A stretch of DNA of 64,000 nt from Antedon mediterranea. Lineage: Eukaryota > Animalia > Echinodermata. The stretch is from contig NC_092675.1 in the NCBI RefSeq assembly GCF_964355755.1, positions 6,753,812-6,817,811 of the forward strand. The letters run 5' to 3'. The notes below the pieces were generated by a model. That model was not told the DNA's origin. It worked only from the letters and a program-made list of their open reading frames with translations, and did not search any database. Every line of letters begins with the position of its first letter. The first letter of the stretch is position 1. This document shows positions 36,301 through 48,440 of this stretch, piece by piece. A program made the position numbers and the translations under genes.

Positions 36301-38581
36301 GGTCGTGAAATATCAGTTGGACATTTGGATTTTTACGTTAACCACCAAGAAGGTCAAATAAGTTGTCCGCAAATAACTGTAAAAACCGTATTAGACGTTG
36401 AAGGGTATGAGGGTAAGCGCGTAACTAAGCTGATTTATTATTATTGCTATCATTATAATTGTTTTGTTCTTTATTATGTAATTATTATATTTTTATAAAA
36501 ATCAGTCGAAGACAACTTGTTCAGTTGCGATCACAAACGAGCTGCCTATTACTTTATCGCATCGATAGTTGCTGAACGATACTTTACCGTATGCCGTTGC
36601 TACGGCTGTTCAGCCTGTGGATCAGATGGTTGTCCTCGAATGGGTCTGCATGCAGATGAATATGAGAGAAACAATCAAAATAAAGTATTTTACGTACGGG
36701 CTGCCGGTGAGTATCTTTACGCAGAGGAAGGGTAAACTTTAAATTCACCTTTTTTTTGATCGGTGTATCTTCTTTCAGTTCATATTGTCATCATTAGTAA
36801 TTTATGAAGCTTGGAAATCTATATTGGTCCCGATTTAAATTAATCAAGTTATTAAGAATCCACATGTTAATTTAATACCATACATTTTCCGGAACAATGG
36901 AATGGCGTTAGTTAGCCCAATCTATAGGCCTACGTATTCCTATCCTTAGACAAACTTAATGATATTTAATGTGTCATTGGCGTTATATGTTGAAGGAATT
37001 GCCTACTTACCATTTGTCTTTTCACGTCAACCTTCATTCCCTTTCTTATGGTGCTGAATTAGCCGAATTGTTTAAAAAGCATTTGGTTCAAAATAGCCAA
37101 TAACCACTTGAATGACTTCAAATTCTCTAAAATAAGCTAAGAAGAATTATTCCATCTGTTGTATTATCTAATTAAAATAATAATAATTATTATTATAATA
37201 ATAATGACAAATGGAATGAAAAGCTATGTCGACCGATGAATATTATACAAATAATGAATGTTTATGAGTGTAATGGTACCAATAATGCCATGAGATGAAT
37301 GATGAAAGGTTATATTTATTGGTTATATTATAACCTTTCATCTTTCACCAAATGCTATTATTTGTACCATTACACGAATATAAAACATTCATTATTTGTT
37401 TTACATAACTTCTAAATAGATTCCTGTCATTTGAATCAAATAAAAGGTAGGCCTAGTCAATGCCTACATTTGTTTCACATTGATTAAAACAGTAACATTT
37501 GGTTTTTAATAATATATTAAATATTATATCTATTTGGATTTTATCAACACTCCTACTGTAGTGTTAATTATGTCAACAAACAATCCTACTGTAGGCCTAG
37601 CAAAGCTAAAACGCCTAAGCCTAGCCTAATACTAACAGGCCTAGGTAGGCTGAGAGGAAGCAATACCAAATACGAAACTTTGACAGGAAACACAAAAAAG
37701 TACTATTAAACGATCGTTTAATAATGCGTACTATTGCACGCCATGTGACCCACAATCGTCCAATCAAATGACAGGAATTCATTTAGGTGTTACATAAAAA
37801 TAAATGAATAACCATAATATATAGCGTATTAGTTAGTTATTTTCCATTTTTATTAAAGATAAAAAAATTACGATTGACGTTACCACAGCACCAAAGCCTA
37901 ATGGGGAGAGCTACGACCGACGTGGTCGCCTTTCTATTGAATGGACTGGCACAAACACATATGTACCAGTGGAACCGTTAGGGAAGTAAGTCACCCGCTC
38001 ACTATAGTACTGATCGTTACTGATAACTGACTTATACATTACTATTTTTAGATTGCAATGTATATTAATAGCAATAGGCATTTTCAATGTTTCCTATCAT
38101 AGCAAAAATATAATATTGAATACAGAATACGTATTTTGTTATCAACTATTTTTTTTAGAACGAGCACTAAACATTTTAAATCTTCAACAACGTATCCATT
38201 CTCCCGTCTTCTTCCCGAGGATCCGGGTAAACTTCAAAAAGTGAAATTATCATGGCGATATGACTCGCATTGGTATAAACCATGGAAATGGGGATTATTG
38301 AAGAGCAAGTACATTTTCATAGATAGAGTTGAAATTACTATCTTTCCAACTGGTACAAGGTAAACAATATACTACAGGTTAAGTTAATAAAATAGTCATA
38401 GTTTTTCTCCATATCAAAATCCGTTGATATTCGACTCGGCCCAGTTGAATAATTTAGGCTTGACTTCACGATTGCAATCTAATAATCTATACATTTTTTT
38501 CTTCAAAGGACGACATTTTGTGGCGAAGGAATGACGATTAAATCAGGACAATCAGCGACATTGGAACCATCTATTTGTTAA
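33370..38581 (+). CDS. Pancreatic lipase/PLA1-like protein L4, catalytic Ser replaced by Ala (GFALG), about 450 aa
   Basis: Exons 33370-33436, 34790-35109, 35212-35347, 36095-36211, 36302-36412, 36506-36706 (donor CCG|GTGAGT), 37859-37985, 38159-38359, 38509-38581; sum 1353 nt, open throughout. HLIGFALGAH, GLDPDE, CDHKRA. Confidence 0.88.
34579..34709 (-). mobile_element. Helentron-associated (DINE-1/HINE-like) non-autonomous repeat; other copies ~10179-10250 and 39781-39900
   Basis: Shared GGCTGCAGTCGCGTGCTCAA...(CCGA)n...TAGAGTCGCGTTTGCACGCGACTAAAA with a terminal hairpin and tetranucleotide microsatellite. Classification inferred from structure. Confidence 0.55.
37243..37800. repeat. Composite palindromic element in L4 intron 6
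   Basis: Hairpin ACAAATAATGAATG..GATGAAAGGTTATA / TATAACCTTTCATC..CATTCATTATTTGT (37246-37399), followed by an inverted pair ATTCCTGTCATTTGA / TCAAATGACAGGAAT. Confidence 0.65.
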
Positions 38582-39084
38582 TAACTTTTTAAAGTTTGCT
38601 TGAAAAAATGAATAATACTTTAATTTAATAATATAACATAGATTATGCTATAAATTAAAAAACCTAGAATATATTATTTTGGAATTTACAATACAAATTG
38701 GCCTACATGTTTGTTTTTGCAAAGTTGTATTAAAAAAAATAGAATCGGTTAATGTGTTTTGTTAAGGTTTTCATCCAATATCAAACTTTAAAAATAAAAG
38801 GTTATCGTTTCAATCTCATGGATGAACAGATGCTACTTAGATGCAGTAATAATATATAGATTTTTAAATACTGTATATAAAAAAACAATGGTAGCCATAT
38901 CAGCTCTCTTATATACACATTTTATATGTTGTTTTAAAATGCAAGATTAATGTAGGAAAGCTATAGAAATAAGCAGTTCACTGTTATCGTTTCAATCTCA
39001 TTAAAAATATCTAGTATATAATTCGAGTGAATAGATGCGACTCGGCTACAGTAATAATATATATACTTTTAAATACTGTACAAT

Positions 39085-39140
39085 GCTTATATGTAGTACA
39101 GGTACAAAAAGATCCGAAAAGAACAGCGTCTTTTAAACCA
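39085..39140 (+). pseudogene. Degraded relic of an L5-type terminal exon
   Basis: GTAGTACAGGTACAAAAAGATCCGAAAAGAACAGCGTCTTTTAA resembles the L5 last exon GTGGTACAGGTTATGGAATTAGACCGGAAAGAACAGCGTCTTTTAA (about 62558-62603); no clear acceptor site. Confidence 0.55.
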
Positions 39141-39390
39141 CTGAAGAAACAATGGTAGCCCCATCATTTTATAAATGTTTTTTAAAATGCAAGATTAATG
39201 TAAAAAAGGTTTTTTTTTATAGAATTAAGAAGTTCACTGTTTATACAGTTTATCTCCAATAAATGCTTTTTGAATTTGAGGGCTTTCAGCAGTATCAATT
39301 TACTTGATTATTTTTTTTTAACAGTTTAACGACTCGTGCAAAAAGCGAAGAATGGTTATTAAAATGGTTTGTGAGACACAACTAAACTTA

Positions 39391-39552
39391 AGCTCTGTCT
39401 ACATTACTTTATAAAACCTTATATGACAAAAAAAAAGTGATATGCCTCTAGGACATGATGATGTCATATCACCATCGTTGGGTATAATCACTACCATATT
39501 TGGGCACATCACACTTTTTTTGTCAAAATAGTTTGATAGTGTAGACAGAGCT
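39391..39552. mobile_element. Harbinger/PIF-like MITE family 1 (TIR AGCTCTGTCTACAC, TSD TTA); other copies 2521-2635, ~9237-9314, ~10538-10675, 26102-26267, 33816-33974
   Basis: Palindromic ~160-bp element with TTA on both flanks at this copy; six dispersed copies in the window. The superfamily is inferred from the 3-bp TWA TSD. Confidence 0.75.
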
Positions 39553-39693
39553 TTAGAATAAACACACCTCAAATAAATGAAGGGAGTTTATATTTTTCCT
39601 CAAATAGCGCAAGCATTTTTATACAATTGTTACCGTATTTTATAACTTCTTGAAATTAGTTGCGTTGTATTTTTGATTTGATTATAAATGTTA

Positions 39694-39946
39694 CCATATT
39701 ACTCCAAGGAAAAATAAATGCCTCTCTCGAACAAACGTCTCGAGTCCCTCGAATAAAGGCACACCTTCCTAAAAAACCAAGGCTGCAGTCGCGTGCTCAA
39801 ATTTGAGTTAGTGTTTACCGACCAACCGACAGACCGACCGACCAACCGACCGACATAGTGAGGAAGTGAGCTGTAGAGTCGCGTTTGCACGCGGCTAAAA
39901 ACACCGAACAATAAAGGCCCCAGGGCGTTTAATTGAATAAATATGG
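39694..39946. mobile_element. TA-flanked MITE (CCATATTT..AAATATGG) hosting a HINE-like insertion
   Basis: TA|CCATATTTA ... TAAATATGG|TA with the (CCGA)n element nested at 39781-39900. Confidence 0.5.
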
Positions 39947-40192
39947 TACGGCATACAAACAAATAAATGAAATCTAGTCTTTCACTTTAATGATCAACCA
40001 ACCTGTATTATTCAAACTCCTCAAAAATACATTCAGTGATTTGTAAACCAAAAGTTCAATGAATTCAAAGAAGTGACCTATCGGTAACAGTTGTTATGTT
40101 ATCATAGCCTATTTCTTTGATAGAAATGTGTACATTCTGCATACAGGTCTGCATAGTAGAACAGCTAGTCTTGTTTCAGGAAGGTCTTTTGA

Positions 40193-41375
40193 GGGTGTCA
40201 CGAAACCTAAGATCACGAAAGCTAAGACCCCTTAAGACCTAAGGTTACCAATAATTCTCTTTCACACCTGCCTTGTATTTTAACTCTAAATTTGTTAACC
40301 AACTTTATCCTGAATACCACACCTTAGAAATTAGATGAAGAAGAATCAATAATTAACAATAAAATCTTAAAATAAATTGATGATTTTACAGACGTTTTTC
40401 TCATGCGAATTTCGCATACTTTATGTTCAATATTTTGTTTCTATGGAACGCCAAAATAGCAACATTAATAAAGGGCTAAAAACTATGTGGAATCCATCTA
40501 TTTAACTCGTTTTTTGGTGAAAATCATGTTCAATTCAATATATTTTGTCACTGTTAATACAAATAAAATGTTACTGTTGATACTCTACACGGTTTCGTTA
40601 ACTTTAAGAATAAAATCGACAAATTCATCATATCTCTTTAGGTCGCCCTTATGACAAGGCCTAGGGTAAGTAGTGATGCTGATTTTAAGATTGATTAATA
40701 TTCTTTGAAAACAGAAAAGTATCAGCAGTAACTTATTACAGCATTTTTATTGACAAAACGTGCATTTCACCAATAATATGCATTACATTTAGACGCATTC
40801 CATCGAGTTTTTAGCCCTGATCTATTATTGTTGCTCTTTTGGCGCTCCATAGAAACGAATATATTTAAAGTTGAGTATGCGAAGGTGTGCAAGATACACG
40901 TCTATAAAATCACCAATATTTATTTATAAATAATACCAAATATTTATTTGTTACTTTTTATGTGAATCTCTTTCATAAAAGTACTTATGAGGCCTAATTC
41001 TAAGGTGTAATATTCAAAATAAAGTTAGTTGAATTACAGGTGCCGAAGGAAAACACCCCCTGAAACCAACACGATGGAGTAAATATATATCAACAAACAA
41101 ACCGTCCAGTTTGTTTGTTGTGAAACAAAGGTATAATTTACTCAACAGGCCAAATAGAGTTTATTTCTGTTTGTGATAAGTATTTAATTAAATTTATGGT
41201 AAAAAGTATTAATAAATGAAACCTACTATGTTTAAAATTGTGTATAGATAAACAATTAATGTTTTTAAGCTGTCGTATATCTTAGAATGTGTAATCTTAG
41301 GTCTTGGGTCTTAGGTTTCGTGATCTTAGGTCTTAGGGGGTCTTAGCTTTTGTGGTCTTAGGTTTCGTGACACCC
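40193..41375. mobile_element. Mutator-like (MULE/foldback) non-autonomous element with 10-bp TSD GGTCTTTTGA
   Basis: TIR GGGTGTCACGAAACCTAAGA; TSD at 40183-40192 and 41376-41385; internal inverted segments (TTTCTATGGAACGCCAAAA / TTTTGGCGCTCCATAGAAA). Confidence 0.85.
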
Positions 41376-42679
41376 GGTCTTTTGAGTATCACCCCCTATC
41401 CGACAAATAATATTGAATTACCTGATCTTTGATCCTAATTCCATGAAAGCACCGACCCCCATAATTAACAAAAACTGTACTACTGTATGTTATTTGTAGG
41501 AGGAATAGGCCTATCCTTTTATTCATTTGTTTAAAACCTATTTTGACGTTTGACCCAAAGTTAATGGTACCAGACATGTACTGACCGGGTTTGGAGGAAG
41601 TCGGAAAGAAGGAAAGCTGAATCAAATTAATAGACTAAGATAAGTTATTACGCTAACACAAAACTATAAATAGAGCATACATTCACCAAAACTATAGTAA
41701 TACAACAATTAACAAACATATCAGAAGCTCTATAGAATTTAATCAATTTCAACAACAAACGCAAAGAATTGCGAAAAAACTTTTAAAGAATGGCAAATTA
41801 GATTAGTGTAATTGAACCAACAATTACTCTAGTAAACTCATACAATATACGACTTGAACGCTTTAAGTGATGATTAGGCTTATAGAATATTCACCTGAAT
41901 ACTGATATTATGTTAGGACAACAACTGTATAATTTAATTTAAACGTAAATTATAATGTAATTCAATTCAATAAAACTGTATTATCCCAAACTCCGGAGAA
42001 ACTCATGGTTGTGGGTTGTGGTACAAAGATTAAAAAAAACCTATAAAAACCACACAAAAAAGCATGCACAAGCACAACAATCGTAATAAAAATCTAAAAA
42101 ATGTTAAAATACAGAGAGAAACAAATAGCACCAAATAAAAAAGGTTCGTATTGCACAGCATTATCTTCTTAGAGTATCGTTTTAGGCTCGAACTGCGGTA
42201 GTAGGAATAGATTTTTTTTTTTTTTTTTCAATTTCAATTTTATTCAACATTTATTTAGTCATCAATTACATCATAATTGCAACTGAACTGATCCTGCATA
42301 AAAAAGCTGTAGCTTCGTTTTTTTGTAGGACCCTTTTACATAAGAACAATATAAATAAATAGAACTAGGTAAAACAGTCAAATGAAAGAAAATCATAGTT
42401 TCGGTGCTAACAAGGGAAAACTTTGAAAATAGTACTCACTCAATATTGTTTAACAAATTAATAAACAATGTAATTATAGAGGAATTGTTTCATTATTTAC
42501 TTTATATAGAAATAAACATTCTATAGACAGTAACAGAGAAACTAGTTGATTGTTTCAAAGATATCACCGATATCAGATAAATACGCCGGTTTATTGTATC
42601 ACATCACATTTAATCCAGTAAAAATATGGTTGAACCTAGAACAAATTGCAACAGATTTTTGTTTTGTTTTATATGGTTG

Positions 42680-43110
42680 ATATGGTGAACATGAACATCA
42701 TATCTAAAGTTTACCAAAATCGGACATCGGGAAGTGGGTTAATTAGCATAAATTCAAAATGGCCGCCATTTGCTATTTTAAAGCCCCATATCTTTAACGG
42801 TTGGATTTAGACCACCTAAGTGCATTACGAGTAGATATAAATGTGATATTAAACATTCTAATTAGCATATTTAAATTCCATATGACGTACCTATTACGTC
42901 ATATGGTAGTTGTGACGTCATATATTATGTTATAAATGCTTAAATGACATTATACTATGCGAACAATTTAGAAACTGCAGAAAAACAAGTTTCTTAACAT
43001 TCTCCTTGTTGAAATGAACATAATTTCCAAAGTTTACCAAAATCGGACGTCAGGAAGTGTGTTAATTAGCATAAATTCAAAATGGCCGATATTTACTATA
43101 CCATTTTGAA
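42680..43110. repeat. ~100-bp direct repeat pair, ~320-bp spacing
   Basis: AAAGTTTACCAAAATCGGAC..GGAAGTG.GTTAATTAGCATAAATTCAAAATGGCCG at ~42706 and ~43029. Confidence 0.75.
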
Positions 43111-45655
43111 GTCCTGTATCTCCTTAATTTATCATTAAGTTTCCATTTACAAAATCTCATGAAACTAGTTATTTTACAGAACAGTATGAAAGGTTGTGAA
43201 CATCAACTGTATTTCAGAAACTGATTTGTACTCACGCGCACATCTTGTTTTGTGTTTCCTACAACTACATCTTTCAGAACTTCATCTCTTTAAATTGGTA
43301 AAGGAAAATAAAAAAAAATATTGTAATGAGGCGATTGTCTGTGGGTCTGGCTATTTAAACTCATCATTCCCACAAGCTCATCTCAATTTCCAATTGGGAA
43401 TTGAGATGACACATAAAATGATAAATGTCATACTGTAGTTTTCGGTATAGTCAGCATCTCCATTCTGCTCTTTTAAAGTTGCTATTTCATTGCTAGAAAT
43501 TGAATCTGTTTGGTGTCGATCATTTATGAACAACTTTTTATGACATATAATGTTTATCTTTTGAATGTTGTTTCCAAGATTCAATGAGCATATAACAAGG
43601 ACATTAAATAATGTGCCAACAAGGATGAAGAACCATCAGTTAAAGATACACATCAACGGAATCCAACAGGGGTCGTTAAGGTAATTTCTTGCCAATACTA
43701 ATTAAGTAATTTCTTGCCACTACTAATTATAGTATTTAATTTTTCGACATCAAGCAGTTTTCAACTTCTTTGACAGAAAATGCCAGAAATATGGAATAGA
43801 AACTTTGAATGCAGATGGGGATCTATTAAATATATTACTGTGCCATCATTAAAAAAAGCAACTGTAAAGACAGAAGAAGCAAAAAATAGTGTAATAATTG
43901 GTACTTAAAGAAACATTCTAAGGAGCAAATTGGCAACATCTTTGTAATGCTCTGCACTTGCAAAGAAACAGAGGGATGAATTATATTCGAAGCAAGAACT
44001 GTTCAGTCAAAAATTTAAAAAGACATCAGAAAAGCAAATGAAGTAGACTTGCTTGCCTACTGTATGGTGGAAGTATTTTGACGGCGCCAAAATTACATTT
44101 TCTATGTATATGTACTTTGGATGGGATCCAATTCCATATTTAGGTTGGGGTCGAATTATTAAATCCCAGACTCATTCGTTTAAGCTTCGCTCGCTCCCCC
44201 TCTAGGAAGTGTAATGACTTGGGTAAAAAGGTTTTAGAAGGACGTTCTCCTTGTACGTTTTCTGTCGGTTACCATTATTGAAATGCTTGACATTCGTAAA
44301 ACTAAAGCTACTCGGTTTCACAGTGTCTTAGATTAATAACATTTTAAAGTATAGTGTTTATTGTTTAGTAGGGCTCTTATAAGGCGGAGGTGGGGAGGCG
44401 AAGTTCAATTGATGGAGGTGCTTATTCGAGGGATATTTTTAATTTTTAGTTTTAATAATATGGTAACATTTATAATACAATAAAATCCTCTAAAATGAAA
44501 AGTGGTAAAAAAGAATAACAAATGCTTGGTAAATTGTAGACAACAGTGCGATGAATTATACTAATAGTACTTATACAAATAGTATAATTGTGTTACAAAT
44601 ATAATACAATATTTTGTTTTTAAATGTGAATGGGCGTTTATTAGATAGTTGGGTTTGGGGTGGGGGAGGTGGGGGCGATTATTATTCAAAGTGATGTTTG
44701 ATTGGGGAGGTGTTGGGCGTTTATTCAAATAAATACCATCCTAATAATTAATACATAATTTAGTTTAAACATCTTTTGAAACTAACTTCCGTGACAGAGT
44801 GGGCCGTTTCGGCCCAAGAAGGAAGACGTTTTAGACGGCTTGCAACATGGGCAGACGTATCCCGGTCCTAAACGGGACCCAGATAGCCCACAGTTATTCC
44901 TGCCAGCTTACTCAATAAAACTAGTCTACCGGGATTTCACTCGATTTAAAAAAAAAAGGTCTTATCATCAGATCTCCCTATGTAATTTTATAATACTATT
45001 CCCCACAAAATACTCCGATGCTTTATGGCGTATATATAATTTGATCGTTATTAATTTGCAGTATAATTTTAATTGTTTAACTATCTGTACCTTCGCAAGC
45101 GATGTTCAGATCCACTAACGGCCAACTTAGTTGAAAACAGGAAGTTGCAAGGTGAACATGTGTGAACCCAGAAATCACTTCGACCCGCGTACAATTGAAA
45201 TTGAATTGAAAATATACCGATGAAATCAGAAATTTTGTTACAAAACCCTTTATAATATCTTCCTAAGCTAGAAATATGGAACAATATCGTAATAGTGAAA
45301 ACTAATTTTATCAAATTTACATTTCACGGTAGGATATATAGATAGATCAGGTAGGTATCCAAGAAAAAGATTTGTACCGAAGTTTTTCTTTTGTGCTCGC
45401 CTATGTCAGAATTATCCATAATTTATATATAGATAAATAAGTACGGTAACATTTAAACAAGAAGGTAATGCATATACAGAAGCATATATAACTGATCATA
45501 GATACCACACTACTTAAATAGAATGTGATTTTGTAATGTTACAAGTTTTTTTAGATGATTAGTAGCAGCAATAAAAAAGTGGCGTCACTAATTGTTCTTC
45601 TCATTAAATAAAGAGAGCAAGTTTTTAAATTTAAAACATGATATTAACGATTACC

Positions 45656-45829
45656 GCAAATCTGACAGCAGGACAAATCTGATAGCAGGACAAATCTGAC
45701 CGCAGGACAAATCTGACAGCAGGACAAATCTGACAGCAGGACAAATCTGACCGCAGGACAAATCTGACAGCAGGACAAATCTGACCGCAGGACAAATCTG
45801 ACCGCAGGACAAATCTGACCACAGGACAA
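45656..45829. repeat. 17-bp tandem minisatellite, about 10 copies
   Basis: (GCAGGACAAATCTGACM)n with no spacers. Confidence 0.95.
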
Positions 45830-46415
45830 AGCTGGCGAAAATATTAATTACATTTGCCATCATTTTATTTATTTACAATAATAAAAAATAATAAAGATAG
45901 AGGTAAATCTATAAAATGATGTAATCAATATTTAAAATGAAAAACAGAGATTATTTTTATAAACTGATCATATTTCGTTTTACCATGACTACGTTTTAAA
46001 CTTAAACAATTGATTGCAAGAAAAAGTGAATCAATATACAGCATAGTTAATAAGATGCGTAGGCATTTGTATATCGTCACCATAAAACAATCACGTATTA
46101 TAAGAAAGAATGGATAAAGTTAAATGACATTAACTTCTAATAAACAAGGGGTATGTCTTCATTATTCGCATATTAAATATAATGTTGACAATCAAAACGA
46201 TACATTAATTTTAAGAATTTAAAAATGTGTAAGCGTGCGTTGTATGCGCTCTACGAACATTGACATGATGACATGACCTGAAGTCTATTTGCACTGAATT
46301 TGGCGTAATTATAACTGTTTGTAAATTTATCGCGCGCAACAATAGCAACATACAGTGCCTTTAATTTGTGCGTCAGCTTAACAGTATAACGCGTTTTAGG
46401 TGTATAAAACAACAG

Positions 46416-46926
46416 GGGCGGATTGCTAAAGCGGTCTATAAACGGTCTTAGCGCTTAGCCGGCTATAATTCGTGACGTAGTAGAGTAGTAAAGTAGTCTT
46501 TATTATAGGCCATTGCTATACCGCGGTCTAACCTGTAAGCGGTCTTTAAAATTAAAGCCTACTCGAAGGAGTCTTAAAACAGTCTGTTGCTTTTTCATAG
46601 CCTATTATTTATCGTCAAAGGCAACCAATTGAACGAGTTTTAAGTGTTAAATCAAATAATAACGGTGATTTTATTCTTATATAGGCCTAGAATAGATTTT
46701 CTCGCGTAGAAATGTACGTACTGTTATGATTGTGAATTGAACAAGCTTGACAAACATTACCTTATTTGGTATTCTACGCGCAAAGTACGCCCTCAATTTG
46801 TTACTTTACGTAGTCTTATCTGTCTGACTGTTTTATAGCAATGGTCAGGGGTGGCTTTAGTAAGACCGCTGATAAAACCAGCTTTAATCGGGGAGTTAAG
46901 ACCATCAGTTTTATAGCAATCCGCCC
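46416..46926. mobile_element. Harbinger-like MITE family 3 (TIR GGGCGGATTGCTA, TSD CAG); interrupted copies at ~19584-20880 and ~21084-21835
   Basis: CAG|GGGCGGATTGCTAAA ... TATAGCAATCCGCCC|CAG; body shared with the two interrupted copies. Confidence 0.8.
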
Positions 46927-48440
46927 CAGATGACAAGGTTAATTATTACGCTCTTCAGGATTATGGCGACGCGTCACAATATATCAGCCAGAAAAGAACA
47001 TTTTTCACCAAATGAAAGATGGGTTTGTGTCGATAGAGTTCAGGAATGTTCCCAAGGGTTCTGTTATTGCCTTTAACTTTGAGAAGGTCGTGTACTTTTG
47101 ACCCAAGGGCGTTCAGGGGGATATTTTGTATACGTGTTTAATGGCTTTTACCTTCGAGAATGTCATGTCTTTGACCCATTGGCGTTCAGGAGATATTTTG
47201 TATATGTGTTTAAGTAATGTACATTCTTTTTCCTTTTGCCTTCCTTCGGACCAACACGTCAATAAATTGTTGTTCCCTCCATCCACCCCTTCTTTCCACC
47301 GTTTCATGATAGAATTAATTAATTATATCTCAATTTTTGTTATGTGTTCGTGGTGTGTTAGTCTGGGTTCCAGACGGAGTTTTGTCTTAATATTAGTAAA
47401 AAGATAAATATTTTGGCACATATGGCGTTTCATACGTATACTACTTGATTTTGGATACTCCGTCTGGGGAAACACGCACAAGTCACGTGGTTTGACACCA
47501 AGAATTCTTGGTGCATACGATTATCCGGTTGACTAGTTTCAGCTGCATGCGATTGGCTACTCACTCGTACACCGTTTTAATATTCATATTTCAGAATTTC
47601 AAAGACTCAACAACTAAGATGATGCGCATGCGCTATGTTACGTTTAGACAATGTGTACTTGGGTACATTTATGAAAGTTTCTGAAGGCTAGAAATTATTT
47701 TATATACCTAGTAGTCTGGTAAACATTTGATGGCATTTTTTCCCAAGAACATGAAACTCGTCTTGATAATAGGCTATAGCTTCTCCGCAAATCAAACATT
47801 GAATGGATCATTTATTACGCGGAGATAATTTTGATTTAATTCCCACCCAGACACTGTCCTGTTGTGTGCCGGTGGTGGTATGTAGGGCTACTTTATTGGC
47901 GTTTTATTTGCCAGGTCATGCGTGCGAGTTGAGTGGGACCTACGAAAGAGGCCTAGGCCAAGGACTAAACAATTAATAAACAAAACAACTTGGCATTACG
48001 ATTTTATATTTCAACAGTCTCGATCGTACATTCAGCACTGTACGTACGTCTCGATCTTTTTCATTTTGAAACAAAATGATCATTGGTTGATTCGAAATCC
48101 ATATTTACATACCGCCCGCCCAATATAGCCAAATACGGTATGATAACCTACGTCATTCTTATCGGATGTTTGCGGTCTGCAAATCGATTTCTATACGTGT
48201 TTCACAAGTCTGTATTTTCAGACAAAAATCGCGGTCGAAATAAAAACCAATAAATTTAAAAAAAAGATAATACAGACTTGGGGCAAGTCTAGTGGTGTGT
48301 GTGCCCATAAATAATTATATCTCAATTTGTTTATGTATATTAATTCTACGATATGTTAGTTACGATTCTGTATAGACCTATAACTTTTATATTATATTAT
48401 CGGTTATTTTACAAGTATATTAATGGTGCGTTTATCTATA

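Noticed and set aside
45631-45863. Three overlapping Cys-rich ORFs (SDLSCGQICPAVRF)
   Set aside because: Translation of a stop-free 17-bp minisatellite in all frames.
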